Below, in pieces: positions 25,201 to 36,465 of a stretch of DNA of 64,000 nt (position 1 is its first letter; every line of letters begins with the position of its first letter). A program made the translations under genes and the position numbers. Source of the DNA: Guillardia theta CCMP2712 (lineage: Eukaryota > Protista > Cryptophyta). The notes under the pieces are model-generated. The model made no database searches and was not told the DNA's origin. It saw only the letters and a list, made by a program, of their open reading frames with translations. Location of the stretch: NCBI RefSeq assembly GCF_000315625.1, contig NW_005434593.1, positions 235,648 to 299,647 on the forward strand, in the 5' to 3' direction.

Positions 25201-25680
25201 AGTCACGGCGGATCGCTGACTGAGACGGTCCGAGGTCACGGTTGAACCGAAAACGGTACTACTCCCGCCGGGCCAGTCCGACTCGGACGTCCGATCCGAG
25301 TGTCGGATATACGACTGAGTCCCGGATACTCCGGGCCCGGCCAGATCTTCGGCGTTCACCGTGAGTATCACGGCGGCGCCGACAGGCCGCTTCAAGTCCG
25401 GCCCTCCGGGACTCGCCGGGAGTCCCCGCCGGGCCGGGCCCCCCGCATCAGTACTCCGGACACGGTACTAAGGTAGGTAGTAACCGTGAGTTCCCGGCCG
25501 CGGCCCGTACGGTCGGATACTACTCGCCGCCCGGTTGAAATCAGTGTTGCAGAACTTCGGAATGGGCAAAGAGGGTCGGAGTTTGATAAGGATCAGTTTA
25601 CTTTTTCAACAAGATGCGACTGAAACAGTGACCTTGTCAGTTACACCAGCTAACTTGATGACTGCCTCCAACGGACGCCG

Positions 25681-26904
25681 TTATCTCGCCAGACTCATTC
25701 CGAGAAAGGCAAGGACATTCTCGTTCCCTCCATTCATCTCACAACCCAAACTCGATTGTGAAACCTGCACAATTTCCGTATCAGTCTGCTGAGAGGGCAA
25801 AACCTCACGAAGCACCTCGACATTGGAGAGGCCAGGAAGGCGCAGCGGAGGAAGCACCAACTGAAGACGCGAAGTCTGCTGTTTATCTTGGGACCACAGG
25901 GACGACAACGGAGGATGAAGCAGAGACCGCGATTGCGCCTGGAACGTCTGCAACACACTTGAGTACAGATCTGAGCTCCAGGTGTTTGCAGGATTCGCTG
26001 GTGAGGCGTCGAGGCTGTACTGCAACCCATGCGCATGCTGATCGCCCAGAGGAGTATGAAGAAGGCTGACGCTGTCCGACCTCATGCTGCGAAGCTGCGG
26101 GGTGACTTCCCCACCGCCGTCATGGTGGAGCACTGCTGAGCATTGCCTCTTGCTGGCTTCCTCGACCCCGAACCCATCGCTGTGTAGTAACGGAACGGGC
26201 CGTTTCACTCCCGCCGTCAGTAGGGTTGACACAGTTGGGAGCGCGAGAGGGTTCCCCAGGGAGGAAGGAGACAAACTCGACACTAACGCGTCATACCCTC
26301 TATCCCGCTGTTCCTCGTCTCCTTGCTGACCCGCATCTTGTCTCCTCGGCCTTCCTGGGCCTGCCGGCCGCGAAGGCCGCCTGGCTCGTTCCCAGCTGTA
26401 CCGACTCTCCTGAACAAGCACCTGTGCCTTCAAGATTCTCTCTTCGTCGCATCCTAGCTTCCTCATGATCTTGGCACAGTGCACTTTATCTTCCTCGTCG
26501 TCCATCGTGTCCCTCCACCTTGCCCGCTTGAACCCATAGCCAGGATTCCCGGGCTTCGCTCGCAGCGACGGGACCCGCCGACTCTGTTCCTTTCCATAGA
26601 TTTGATAGCCAATCTTGTTGAAATGCAATCTCATCCTCTTGTTCTTGACTGCCAGGAGAGAATATGTCAGAAGGAGAGCATCAGGGTTTATCATCTCATC
26701 ACCTCCAGCACCGTCCTCCCCCACAATCTCCGGGAAGATTCGCGCGAAGACATGAAACACAGAGTGATCGGCGTCCTCCCCACACTCTTGAGGCAGGATG
26801 TCTTCGCAGTCAGTGCTTTGTTTGGTTGTGGCTTTGAAGAAACATCTCGCAATGTACGCGTTCTCCTTGTCCTCGAACCCAACATGGCCGCTCCAGCGCA
26901 GCAT
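25681..26904 (-). CDS. Hypothetical protein, putative lineage-specific DNA-binding/transcription factor
   Basis: 407-aa ORF with a structured basic domain (GYQIYGKEQSRRVPSLRAKPGNPGYGFKRARWRD), an NLS-like VKRP...SKRQC and a disordered C-terminus. Confidence 0.65.
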   Translation of the reverse strand: MLRWSGHVGFEDKENAYIARCFFKATTKQSTDCEDILPQECGEDADHSVFHVFARIFPEIVGEDGAGGDEMINPDALLLTYSLLAVKNKRMRLHFNKIGYQIYGKEQSRRVPSLRAKPGNPGYGFKRARWRDTMDDEEDKVHCAKIMRKLGCDEERILKAQVLVQESRYSWERARRPSRPAGPGRPRRQDAGQQGDEEQRDRGYDALVSSLSPSSLGNPLALPTVSTLLTAGVKRPVPLLHSDGFGVEEASKRQCSAVLHHDGGGEVTPQLRSMRSDSVSLLHTPLGDQHAHGLQYSLDASPANPANTWSSDLYSSVLQTFQAQSRSLLHPPLSSLWSQDKQQTSRLQLVLPPLRLPGLSNVEVLREVLPSQQTDTEIVQVSQSSLGCEMNGGNENVLAFLGMSLAR

Positions 26905-28411
26905 AGTCAGTCGGCAAGTTCAGTTTGCGTCTTTGCTGCAGTGTATGATTCAAAATGCACTCCAAGTGTCGGAAAGTTTGGACAGTTTCCTGTACAAACA
27001 AGATATGTTCATTAATGCAGTCATCATTCGTTGCATTCAAGTGTTGCCCATTCTGTCTTCTGCAAGTCGTACTGGTAACGAATCGTCCGTTCAAAACAAG
27101 CTTCTTTTCCCTCTACACTATTGGGTTGCACTTTCCATCCATGACACACAAACCCTACATTATCTTTCTATGTATCGTTACATCTTTCATCTATTACCGC
27201 AAAGTGTATCCATGTATCTCCGATCAAACCCCTATTGTTTCCCCGTCCCACCACCTTTCATTTTCTGTTCTGACTGCCTCAATCATTTTTTTGCTCGCCT
27301 CGCTTCTTCCACATGGACCTCTGACTTCCTTTCACAGTCTACAAACCCAACATTCTCCTCTCTGTCCCTTCCGCCATTCTCCTCCCCCCCCCTCCCTTCC
27401 AATGCCTTCGTCTCCTCCTGCTTCCTGCCCTAGGCATTCTTTAGGCATCGGCCACCAATCGAGAAGGTTCACCACCCCCTTTGTAAGGACCTTGCAACCT
27501 TCTATGTGTGTACCCCTCCACACCAAAGCACAGAGGTAGCACCCTACGACAAATGCACTACCCCCCGTCCGCCAACGTCCAAATGTTGCGCTGAAGAGAT
27601 GGTCAGTAGGTGGGGTCATTCTGTGGGGGAATCAATAGAGGATCCTAGAGGGTGGGGGTGATAAAATGAAGGGGTTATTATATCTGCTCAACAAGCTAAA
27701 ATGTGTGCTCATGAGGGTAGGGTACTATTGGATAAGGGGTATAGGGACTGCAGGGGTGGTGTGCGTTTACAAGTTGGAGGCATTTTACATAGTAAAAAGT
27801 CTCCACCCCTTCAAGTACAGAGGAAACGGGGGTCATCATCAAGAAGGGTCAGTTTCGAAGGTCTTAATGGTGGGTACTGAAATGGGATTTACGGGGGTGG
27901 GGGTGATTGTTTTGAAAACACGTGGAGGTAAATAAAAAACTGAATTTATCTCGAGATCGGACTGACCACCCTACCCGTTTCTGGCATGTTAGTACCCTAC
28001 CCCTCCTTTTCCGAAAGGGAGTACATGAAAAGTCCCAACAATCACCCCACCCACTCTTACACTAGAACTTGGTATGATCGCAGGGGTACTCGACCGAAAC
28101 AGCGACGGTCTCAGGCTCGCGGCCCGGCCCAGCTGGGCCGAGCCCGTACGAGCCTAACAGCGCCGCGGCTACCGTACAGTTCCCAGAGATGATGGAGGCG
28201 GCCGCCGCTGGCCTCGTCCCGACGGTGCCACCGGATTGATCGACGCTACCCAGAAGTCTGAGTGCAAATGTCCCCTGATCGCCACTAGCTTACACCCAGT
28301 GCTCAGCATCAGTGCCACGTGTGAAAGTCATGTCACAGAATAAATGTTCTTGAGTAGAATGAACAACATAAATACATCTCTTTAATGCCGACTAAGAAAC
28401 GAACTTCGGAT

Positions 28412-30727
28412 TCAAATTGAGCCTGCGCGGCATCTCTCCCCGCAGTCCCCATAGCACTCCATCCCTTCCTCCTTCGCCCGCGGCCGATGCTCCTCGCACC
28501 TCGTCTCCCCCGTGTACGGCCTCGACAGCGTCTGCAGGTCCTCGTACACGCGGTACCCCAGGGCTCCCTCCAGCTCCTCGTCAAGCCAGGCCCCCACCTG
28601 CTTCAGCGTCGTAGGGGAGAAGGCGCGAGCGTACTCGCCATGCGTGTAGTAGCGGCGCTTGGACGCCGACTGCGGGGAGTCCCACTCGTACTTGGCGTGG
28701 CGGAAGCCGTTGGGGCAGCTGGCGACGCCGAAGTGCATCATGCACTGGGAGAGCTGCCAGGAGCTATGCTTCCTGACGAGCTTGAAGTCTCGCTCCAGCC
28801 TGGCCAGGACCTTGATGGGGTCGATGAAGAAGTCTCGGCAGGCGACATGGGAGCTGAAGTCCAGCTTCTCGTCCGCGACCAGGAACCAGTCTCGCAGCTT
28901 CGCGGCCCGCATGGCGAGGATGTTGGGGAACCGCCTCTTCGTGTCCGGGTCTCGGTCCTCCCACTTCTCACTCATCGTCAGCGGAGGGTCGTACGCTTGG
29001 GCCCCGGGCATCCGGCGCTGCACGGACAGCGAGGCGAGCTGCAGCTGGCGCCTCATCGCCTCCCACGCCTGAGGAGAGACGTCCCAATGCCGCGGCGTCT
29101 TGGCGTGGCACAGGAACTTCCCCTCCCTGCATCGCCCCCACGAGCCCTCGCCGTCGTAGCAGCTCGGCGACGGCGCGAGCTCAAGCCTGGTCTGCACCTG
29201 GTAGTTGCTGACGGCCAAGCACTCGAGATCGGGCGAGCTCAAGCCCGGCAAGCCGACGCCAGCCTCGCGTGCTCGGCTGACCTCTCCGGCGCTCTCAAGG
29301 ATGTAGTCGGACACGCTCCTCCTCCAGCGCCTCGCGTCCTCGTCGCCGCTCAGCCAGTCGCTGTCCAGCCCCGTACACAGGAACCTCTCCCCGCACACGG
29401 CGCTGCTGTGCGACGGAGGCAAGCAGCTCTCGTGGGGGCTGACGGAGAGGCCGGCGAGCAAGGGAGCGTTAGCCCTCAGCCCAGGCAGCTCCACGCACGT
29501 GTACTCCCTCCCTTGATGCGCACAAGCCGCCCCCGGTACCAAGCGACTCCGGGCGCGATCGCACGGGACCACGTTGTCCCCGCGTCCCCATCGCCCCTGA
29601 CCGTCGTAGGAGGCGGAGACGATGCCGCTGGAGTCCTCGAAGGTCACCCACTCTCGCGCGAGGAAGGTGGACATGTCGAGGTTATTGTGCACCTCGGCGT
29701 AGAAGGGGTGGCGATGCATGGACTCGACCCACTCGTAGGGGCTGCGGGTGACGAGGAGGTTGAGGGTCTGGGCCTGGTGCCTGACGTCTGCGGAAGGAAG
29801 CAAGTCACCGCCAGCCCTCCTCCTCGACCTCGTTCTGCTGCATCTACGCTCTTCATCTTCACTCTGGTCTCTTGTCTCTTCCTCTCTCGTCTCGCTACTC
29901 TCGAGCGCGTGGATACAAGTAACGGGCGTACCTGCATGCCGCAAGTATCCGTGCTTCCATGGTAGGCCTCCGATGACGCACTCGTCGCCTCCCGGGTCGC
30001 CGCAGCCGAGGCGGAAGTTCTGTCGGATCAGCTCCGTCATCAACGTAGTGCAGCTGCTGCGCTCGCCCCAGATCCAGATCTTGTTGATCCGACGCGGGTC
30101 GGTGCCGGGCTTGACGCGGCTGCCGCGCCAGTACCTGCCTCCCTTGCTCTTGAAGCGCTGCCGGTCCCAGGCCACGTACGCCAGGCCGGTAGGGGCGATG
30201 TCCTCCTCCATCATCTCGCGTAGCCGCGTCATGAAGGGGGGGCGGAGGACGAGTCGCTTGTGCCTGGAGGGGTAGAGGAACTTGGCTTGGAGGGACCTGA
30301 AGGGCGAGCTGAGGAAAGGGGAAGGAGGGGGAGGGGAGGAGGAGTTACGGACGGGAGGAGGAGGCTTTATCTCCTCTGTCAAGCTTATGTCTGTGGACAT
30401 TTGATCAGACTTGTGCTCGTTTAGTCCCTTTTGGTTTTCTTGCGTCTGTGATTGCACAAAGCTTCTGGCAGACACATTACTGTCGTGACTTCTGTGATGA
30501 GCGTGTTTTGTCGTCTGAATCAAAGAATGGTTTGTCAATGTCGCTGGGTTTTGTTTTTGTTCCATGGAGTTGAAAGTGTTGAATGTCATCAATGATCGCA
30601 ACATGGAACGAGGGTACTTGTCCGTCGCGTGTTTGTTTTCCTGGTGCAGCACTACTTGATGGATAGGTATCATAAGCACCTGGAAGGCCAGACAGAGATA
30701 CACCATGAACATGCCCCTTGTACGCAT
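28412..30727 (-). CDS. Sulfotransferase-like (P-loop fold) type II membrane protein, copy 1
   Basis: N-terminal signal anchor and Pro-rich stem. 5'PSB-like IWIWGERSSCTTLM, then WKHG, 3'PB-like LLVTRSPYEWVESM, and NILAMRAAKLRDW. One in-frame intron at 29788-29931. Confidence 0.7.
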   Translation of the reverse strand: MRTRGMFMVYLCLAFQVLMIPIHQVVLHQENKHATDKYPRSMLRSLMTFNTFNSMEQKQNPATLTNHSLIQTTKHAHHRSHDSNVSARSFVQSQTQENQKGLNEHKSDQMSTDISLTEEIKPPPPVRNSSSPPPPSPFLSSPFRSLQAKFLYPSRHKRLVLRPPFMTRLREMMEEDIAPTGLAYVAWDRQRFKSKGGRYWRGSRVKPGTDPRRINKIWIWGERSSCTTLMTELIRQNFRLGCGDPGGDECVIGGLPWKHGYLRHAGTPVTCIHALESSETREEETRDQSEDEERRCSRTRSRRRAGGDLLPSADVRHQAQTLNLLVTRSPYEWVESMHRHPFYAEVHNNLDMSTFLAREWVTFEDSSGIVSASYDGQGRWGRGDNVVPCDRARSRLVPGAACAHQGREYTCVELPGLRANAPLLAGLSVSPHESCLPPSHSSAVCGERFLCTGLDSDWLSGDEDARRWRRSVSDYILESAGEVSRAREAGVGLPGLSSPDLECLAVSNYQVQTRLELAPSPSCYDGEGSWGRCREGKFLCHAKTPRHWDVSPQAWEAMRRQLQLASLSVQRRMPGAQAYDPPLTMSEKWEDRDPDTKRRFPNILAMRAAKLRDWFLVADEKLDFSSHVACRDFFIDPIKVLARLERDFKLVRKHSSWQLSQCMMHFGVASCPNGFRHAKYEWDSPQSASKRRYYTHGEYARAFSPTTLKQVGAWLDEELEGALGYRVYEDLQTLSRPYTGETRCEEHRPRAKEEGMECYGDCGERCRAGSI

Positions 30728-33700
30728 CTTGCTGACCTGGTACCAGTTGTAGCAGATTGAACAAGTTGGAAGTTGTGTTTCTTTACGAGATTTTGAAATT
30801 CATTGAGCGACGAAAATCTGCTCGCAGCATCTCAGTGGAACGACAGAGACGAAGAAAGAAAAAGCATGAAAAATCTTGCAGAAGACTGAAGGGAAAGGGA
30901 GGAAGACCCAAAAGGCCATGATGTATGAAATGACTCCCAAGATTATGGGGTTAGGAGCTGAAGCTGGTTGATAGGGAGAGCAGGAATGCTCATATCAAGA
31001 TGATATTATTATGATGGAGACAGGGAGAGTTGGAAAGATGGAGAGACTTGAATCAAAAGGAAAGGGAGGAAGGGAAGGAGAAAACATGAGTGGAGTATTT
31101 GAGGAAATGGTTGAGAGAGTCAGAGAGGATATCAGATCAGTCAAGTCTCACAGGGGGAGAACTTGAGGACCCCAAGAGAGAGGGAAGAAGTAGAAGAGGG
31201 AGAGGAAACGGTTGAAGCGGGGGAAGGGCTTGCAGCCGTGTAGGATGAGGCAGGAGGAGGAGATAACGATGGGGGAATGGCAAAGAGGGGGTGCAAAAGA
31301 TGAGGGAAAGCCACCCCACCCCTGGTAAAAGCTCAGTCTATGACAACCAGGGGTCATCCATACCACCCCTGCCTGCCTGGATGATTTCCCTGAAGGGGTT
31401 CCTGATTGTGCCCCACCCCCACTTTCCCCAGATCACGACCCCTTTGTCCGATGTAACCCACCCTTGTCGCCCCGATAAAGATAAAGGAACCCACCACGTC
31501 ACAGCCCTGTACACCCTTGATAGACCACCCCCTACTCTGATCAGGTGTGAAACCACCCCACCCTGTTGAAGTGCCTCCTATAATGGAACAGCCCTGAAAG
31601 TCACCTTGTGCCCCCTAGGAACTGAAGTCCTAGGCCTCTAGTCCGCGGGGTCCTATGGTGTACAGAAAAGGATAAAAGGTCACCATCATCCGATTAACTG
31701 CTAATGGTGCCCCATGTCGAAAGCCTCTCAACTCAGAGCAAACAGTAGAGGCGACTTTGCTGTCCTGCACTAGTTTTTGATTGAAGGTCCGAGGTGGGCT
31801 CAAGTAAAAGCCGTCGCCCATCATGATGACGATTGATCGTCGTAAAGATAAAGTCACACAGGCTGTCACATTCATAGATAAACTCTAAAATGAATCAATA
31901 AGATACTCCTTAGCGACCATCCCTATCAGCCTGCGCGGCATCTCTCCCTGCAGTCCCCATAGCACTCCATCCCTTCCTCCTTCGCCCGCGGCCGATGCTC
32001 CTCGCACCTCGTCTCCCCCGTGTACGGCCTCGACAGCGTCTGCAGGTCCTCGTACACGCGGTACCCCAGGGCTCCCTCCAGCTCCTCGTCAAGCCAGGCC
32101 CCCACCTGCTTCAGCGTCGTCGGGGAGAAGGCGCGAGCGTACTCGCCATGCGTGTAGTAGCGGCGCTTGGACGCCGACTGCGGGGAGTCCCACTCGTACT
32201 TGGCGTGGCGGAAGCCGTTGGGGCAGCTGGCGACGCCGAAGTGCATCATGCACTGGGAGAGCTGCCAGGAGCTGTGCTTCCTGACGAGCTTGAAGTCTCG
32301 CTCCAGCCTGGCCAGGACCTTGATGGGGTCGATGAAGAAGTCTCGGCAGGCGACGTGGGAGCTGAAGTCCAGCTTCTCGTCCGCGACCAGGAACCAGTCT
32401 CGCAGCTTCGCGGCCCGCATGGCGAGGATGTTGGGGAACCGCCGCTTCGTGTCCGGGTCTCGGTCCTCCCACTTCTCACTCATCGTCAGCGGAGGGTCGT
32501 ACGCTTGGGCCCCGGGCATCCGGCGCTGCACGGACAGCGAGGCAAGCTGCAGCTGGCGCCTCATCGCCTCCCACGCCTGAGGAGAGACGTCCCAATGCCG
32601 CGGCGTCTTGGCGTGGCACAGGAACTTCCCCTCCCTGCATCGCCCCCACGAGCCCTCGCCGTCGTAGCAGCTCGGCGACGGCGCGAGCTCAAGCCTGGTC
32701 TGCACCTGGTAGTTGCTGACGGCCAAGCACTCGAGATCGGGCGAGCTCAAGCCCGGCAAGCCGACGCCAGCCTCGCGTGCTCGGCTGACCTCTCCGGCGC
32801 TCTCAAGGATGTAGTCGGACACGCTCCTCCTCCAGCGCCTCGCGTCCTCGTCGCCGCTCAGCCAGTCGCTGTCCAGCCCCGTACACAGGAACCTCTCCCC
32901 GCACACGGCGCTGCTGTGCGACGGAGGCAAGCAGCTCTCGTGGGGGCTGACGGAGAGGCCGGCGAGCAAGGGAGCGTTGGCCCTCAGCCCAGGCAGCTCC
33001 ACGCACGTGTACTCCCTCCCTTGATGCGCACAAGCCGCCCCCGGTACAAAGCGACTCCGGGCGCGATCGCACGGGACCACGTTGTCCCCGCGTCCCCATC
33101 GCCCCTGACCGTCGTAGGAGGCGGAGACGATGCCGCTGGAGTCCTCGAAGGTCACCCACTCTCGCGCGAGGAAGGTGGACATGTCGAGGTTGTTGTGCAC
33201 CTCGGCGTAGAAGGGGTGGCGATGCATGGACTCGACCCACTCGTAGGGGCTGCGGGTGACGAGGAGGTTGAGGGTCTGGGCCTGGTGCCTGACGTCTGCG
33301 GAAGGAAGCAAGTCACCGCCAGCCCTCCTCCTCGACCTCGTTCTGCTGCATCTACGCTCTTCATCTTCACTCTGGTCTCTTGTCTCTTCCTCTCTCGTCT
33401 CGCTACTCTCGAGCGCGTGGATACAAGTAACGGGCGTACCTGCATGCCGCAAGTATCCGTGCTTCCATGGTAGGCCTCCGATGACGCACTCGTCGCCTCC
33501 CGGGTCGCCGCAGCCGAGGCGGAAGTTCTGTCGGATCAGCTCCGTCATCAACGTAGTGCAGCTGCTGCGCTCGCCCCAGATCCAGATCTTGTTGATCCGA
33601 CGCGGGTCGGTGCCGGGCTTGACGCGGCTGCCGCGCCAGTACCTGCCTCCCTTGCTCTTGAAGCGCTGCCGGTCCCAGGCCACGTACGCCAGGCCGGTAG

Positions 33701-33868
33701 GGGCGATGTCCTCCTCCATCATCTCGCGTAGCCGCGTCATGAAGGGGGGGCGGAGGACGAGTCGCTTGTGCCTGGAGGGGTAGAGGAACTTGGCTTGGAG
33801 GGACCTGAAGGGCGAGCTGAGGAAAGGGGAAGGAGGGGGAGGGGAGGAGGAGTTACGGACGGGAGGAG
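28420..33868. repeat. Direct duplication of ~1.94 kb: 28420-30360 and 31928-33868 (offset 3508 bp)
   Basis: Colinear match with no indels and roughly nine substitutions seen by eye. Confidence 0.97.
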
Positions 33869-34241
33869 AAGGACTGTTTGAGGCATTTTGGAGAGGGATC
33901 TTCAAAGGAATAAGGCTGACGTTTGTCAAGCTGTTGTGGGCATTATGGCTAAATGATGTTTTGTTTGTCTGATTCTTGGTGGAGATGGTGATTTCATGCC
34001 GTGATTCCTGTTTTGCTTCAAGTGTTTGCGTTCCCTGATGTGCCATGGAGCTAGAGGTCGTTTTCTTCTTGTTTTGGTAGGATGACTTCAGGATCCCTAC
34101 AGGCAGTATCGTTCCACTCGAGCTTCTGCTTGGACGCATGGCGGTATGTCGGAGCGGAATAATCACAACCTGCATGCTTACACAAAAGAACAATACATAC
34201 AATGCCCTCGAACGCGTTCGGATGTTGAACATCATCTTCAT
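31926..34241 (-). CDS. Sulfotransferase-like type II membrane protein, copy 2 (tandem paralog)
   Basis: Catalytic region almost identical to copy 1; different N-terminal anchor/stem. First ATG at 34241. Confidence 0.7.
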   Translation of the reverse strand: MKMMFNIRTRSRALYVLFFCVSMQVVIIPLRHTAMRPSRSSSGTILPVGILKSSYQNKKKTTSSSMAHQGTQTLEAKQESRHEITISTKNQTNKTSFSHNAHNSLTNVSLIPLKIPLQNASNSPSPPVRNSSSPPPPSPFLSSPFRSLQAKFLYPSRHKRLVLRPPFMTRLREMMEEDIAPTGLAYVAWDRQRFKSKGGRYWRGSRVKPGTDPRRINKIWIWGERSSCTTLMTELIRQNFRLGCGDPGGDECVIGGLPWKHGYLRHAGTPVTCIHALESSETREEETRDQSEDEERRCSRTRSRRRAGGDLLPSADVRHQAQTLNLLVTRSPYEWVESMHRHPFYAEVHNNLDMSTFLAREWVTFEDSSGIVSASYDGQGRWGRGDNVVPCDRARSRFVPGAACAHQGREYTCVELPGLRANAPLLAGLSVSPHESCLPPSHSSAVCGERFLCTGLDSDWLSGDEDARRWRRSVSDYILESAGEVSRAREAGVGLPGLSSPDLECLAVSNYQVQTRLELAPSPSCYDGEGSWGRCREGKFLCHAKTPRHWDVSPQAWEAMRRQLQLASLSVQRRMPGAQAYDPPLTMSEKWEDRDPDTKRRFPNILAMRAAKLRDWFLVADEKLDFSSHVACRDFFIDPIKVLARLERDFKLVRKHSSWQLSQCMMHFGVASCPNGFRHAKYEWDSPQSASKRRYYTHGEYARAFSPTTLKQVGAWLDEELEGALGYRVYEDLQTLSRPYTGETRCEEHRPRAKEEGMECYGDCRERCRAG

Positions 34242-34808
34242 CACCTCAAACTTGTCGCTTGTGGGAGATAGGTTTCCACCTTCAGGCACACACAGTGATC
34301 TTCAAGTTTGAGGAGGGCAGACTCTGCATCAGGGATGCTCGAATTTCACCTTCATCCGAGGTGACACGGGGGACGCAAGATGGAAGGGAGAGACCGATCG
34401 AGGGAGGGGAGGGGATGAGAGGGGATGAGAGGAGGGAGGGGAGAGGAGGGGAAGGGGATGAGAGGAGGGAGGGGAGGCAGGACAGTGGAAAGCAAGACTC
34501 GGAGGCTCAAGAGTATGAGGAGGGAGATAGGGGTGTGGGGTGTGGGTAGACAGGGTGGAGGGGGTGGAGGGGAGCGGAGCAGGGGGGGGGGGGGGGGCGA
34601 ACAAGGAGGAGACTGTGAAGGATTCGGAAACTCGGTGGACTTGTTGCCTGCCCACCCCCTACCCCCCTTGCCCCCAAGGTCATGCGTGACTGGAGCACCC
34701 CACCACCCCCTCTCCCAATCAGGGGCATCACGTCCCTTATTGGCCGCATCTCCAAGGATACATCCGTCATCTGAACCAGCCCAGTGTACTGTTCTCACTG
34801 AAGATTTG

Positions 34809-34825
34809 ACTTAACTTTGAGTAAA
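34809..34825 (+). promoter_or_regulatory. Conserved intergenic 17-mer ACTTAACTTTGAGTAAA (copy 1)
   Basis: Identical to 63590-63606, in the same intergenic context. Confidence 0.5.
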
Positions 34826-35504
34826 ATGTTGAAAGGTTGCTGCACCAGAAAACCGTTGAACCGGGCTACAGCAACTTGGCAAGCCTTCGGAAGCCTGCGC
34901 CGGTGCCCGGCGGCGGGCCAGTCACGGTGTATCGCCGGGGCACCCGGTACTTGCGGGGACGTATCATGGGTGCAGTACTACTTTCCGAGTTCATTAGCGG
35001 CTCTGAACTCTGAGTCATCACCGAGTCACGCCACAGAGTCGTGTCAGATCTTTACTGGCAGAGTCTGACTCGGCCCGGACTCGAGAGTCCGGGCCTCCCA
35101 CGGACCGGTCACCAGTGACTGCCGCAGTGGCACCGCCGGGGCCCGGCGGCCGGGCGGCGTGACACTGACTCCCGACGGGTGACGCCCGGCGCCCGGGCCG
35201 GGCCGCGTACTGAACGCCGTAGTACCGTACGACTCCGGGTCGCCCGCACTGCAGCGCCACAGGCTGAGTGCCACCCGGGAGCCTGGATCTGATCGCCATG
35301 ATCGGCGGCCCGGCGCACCACCGTCAGTGGCACGGTGCCCTCGGAGTCCCGGCGGGCAGGCAGCCTGGGGTTCACAGTGATGAACCTCACTAAATTGTAG
35401 ACGCCTTTGCTTGTTTGAATATTAATACAACATTAAGACAAGATGATGTCTCTATCACATCGCTGAATGGAAAGGAAGCGGCGGCAGATCGGACGGTCAG
35501 ACGC

Positions 35505-36168
35505 TCACGGGCATTCTCCGGGGGGAAGCATGCAAGGCTCGTTCCCTCCATTGTTGTTGCCCCCATTCTTGGTCCAGGCGTCCGCCTCGTCGTTGGCGTG
35601 TGAGATCTGCGACAAGGCTGAGCGCAAGCAGCGAAGACCTTCAGATCGCCTCACCTCATCTTGGTGCATGTCGTCCAGATGCACCATCCTCGCCTGAGCC
35701 TCGAGGCCTTTCTTGATGTATTCACTGAGCTTAGGAGACATGTCTTGCCCTGCGTCTCCTCGTCAAGCCACACTCGACATACAAATCCGTGAGAGCAAAC
35801 ACAGAGTCATTCACAACGAGAGTATAACCATCAAGGAGAGAAAAGGTAAGATCAGGGCTGACATGTTCGGCATACCTATTCTGACCATTCTGTTCAAATC
35901 ATCAGCAATTCCTGGGCCAAACCAAAGTTCCTGTAAGCAAAGGAAATTAATATCCTCACAACAGAAACGTCAATGCTTCAGAAACCTGCGTTCTGGCAGG
36001 CTTCATCATCAGATAGTAAGGACGTTCAGCCCTCAACGTCGTGCTTGAAACCTGGAAAGGATCTTACCAAGCGAAAGCCAAAAACAGATAATTACCAGGA
36101 AAAAAATAGAAACAATACCAAAACCGATGATCCCAGCAACTATAAAAAAGAGTTGAGAAAACTGTCAT
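35505..36168 (-). CDS. Small multi-exon membrane-anchored/secreted hypothetical protein
   Basis: Hydrophobic start MTVFSTLFIVAGIIGFGIVSIFFL, exons ...YYLMMKPARTQ / ELWFGPGIADDLNR..., last exon ending NNNGGNEPCMLPPGECP*. Confidence 0.55.
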
Positions 36169-36425
36169 AGCGTGCAACAGACAGAAATGTTTTGATTGGA
36201 CAACAGGTTGGAATTTTTTCTATGCCACTGGCTAGGTTCATAATACTACTTGATATTCCAAGAACGAAGTATCACGTTAGAGCGCATCTTGGCACCTGAC
36301 CCTGGCTCCGTACTTACTATCATCCTCCTCTATCCTCCTCACGCTCCTCCTGCTCCCTCTGATCTTGATCTCGCTCCCTCTCAAACTTTCCTGCTCTTGA
36401 TCCTGTTCCTGCTCCTCCCTCCTGA

Positions 36426-36465
<40 letters not shown>

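Noticed and set aside
28487-29965. 492-aa plus-strand ORF (and its twin at 31995-33473)
   Set aside because: Antisense shadow of the GC-rich sulfotransferase-like CDS.
31716-31845. Stem-loop GCCTCT...AGAGGC and ATGATGA box as a ribozyme, SECIS or C/D snoRNA
   Set aside because: No hammerhead core CUGAUGA in the right place, no downstream D box (CTGA) and no in-frame TGA selenoprotein upstream.
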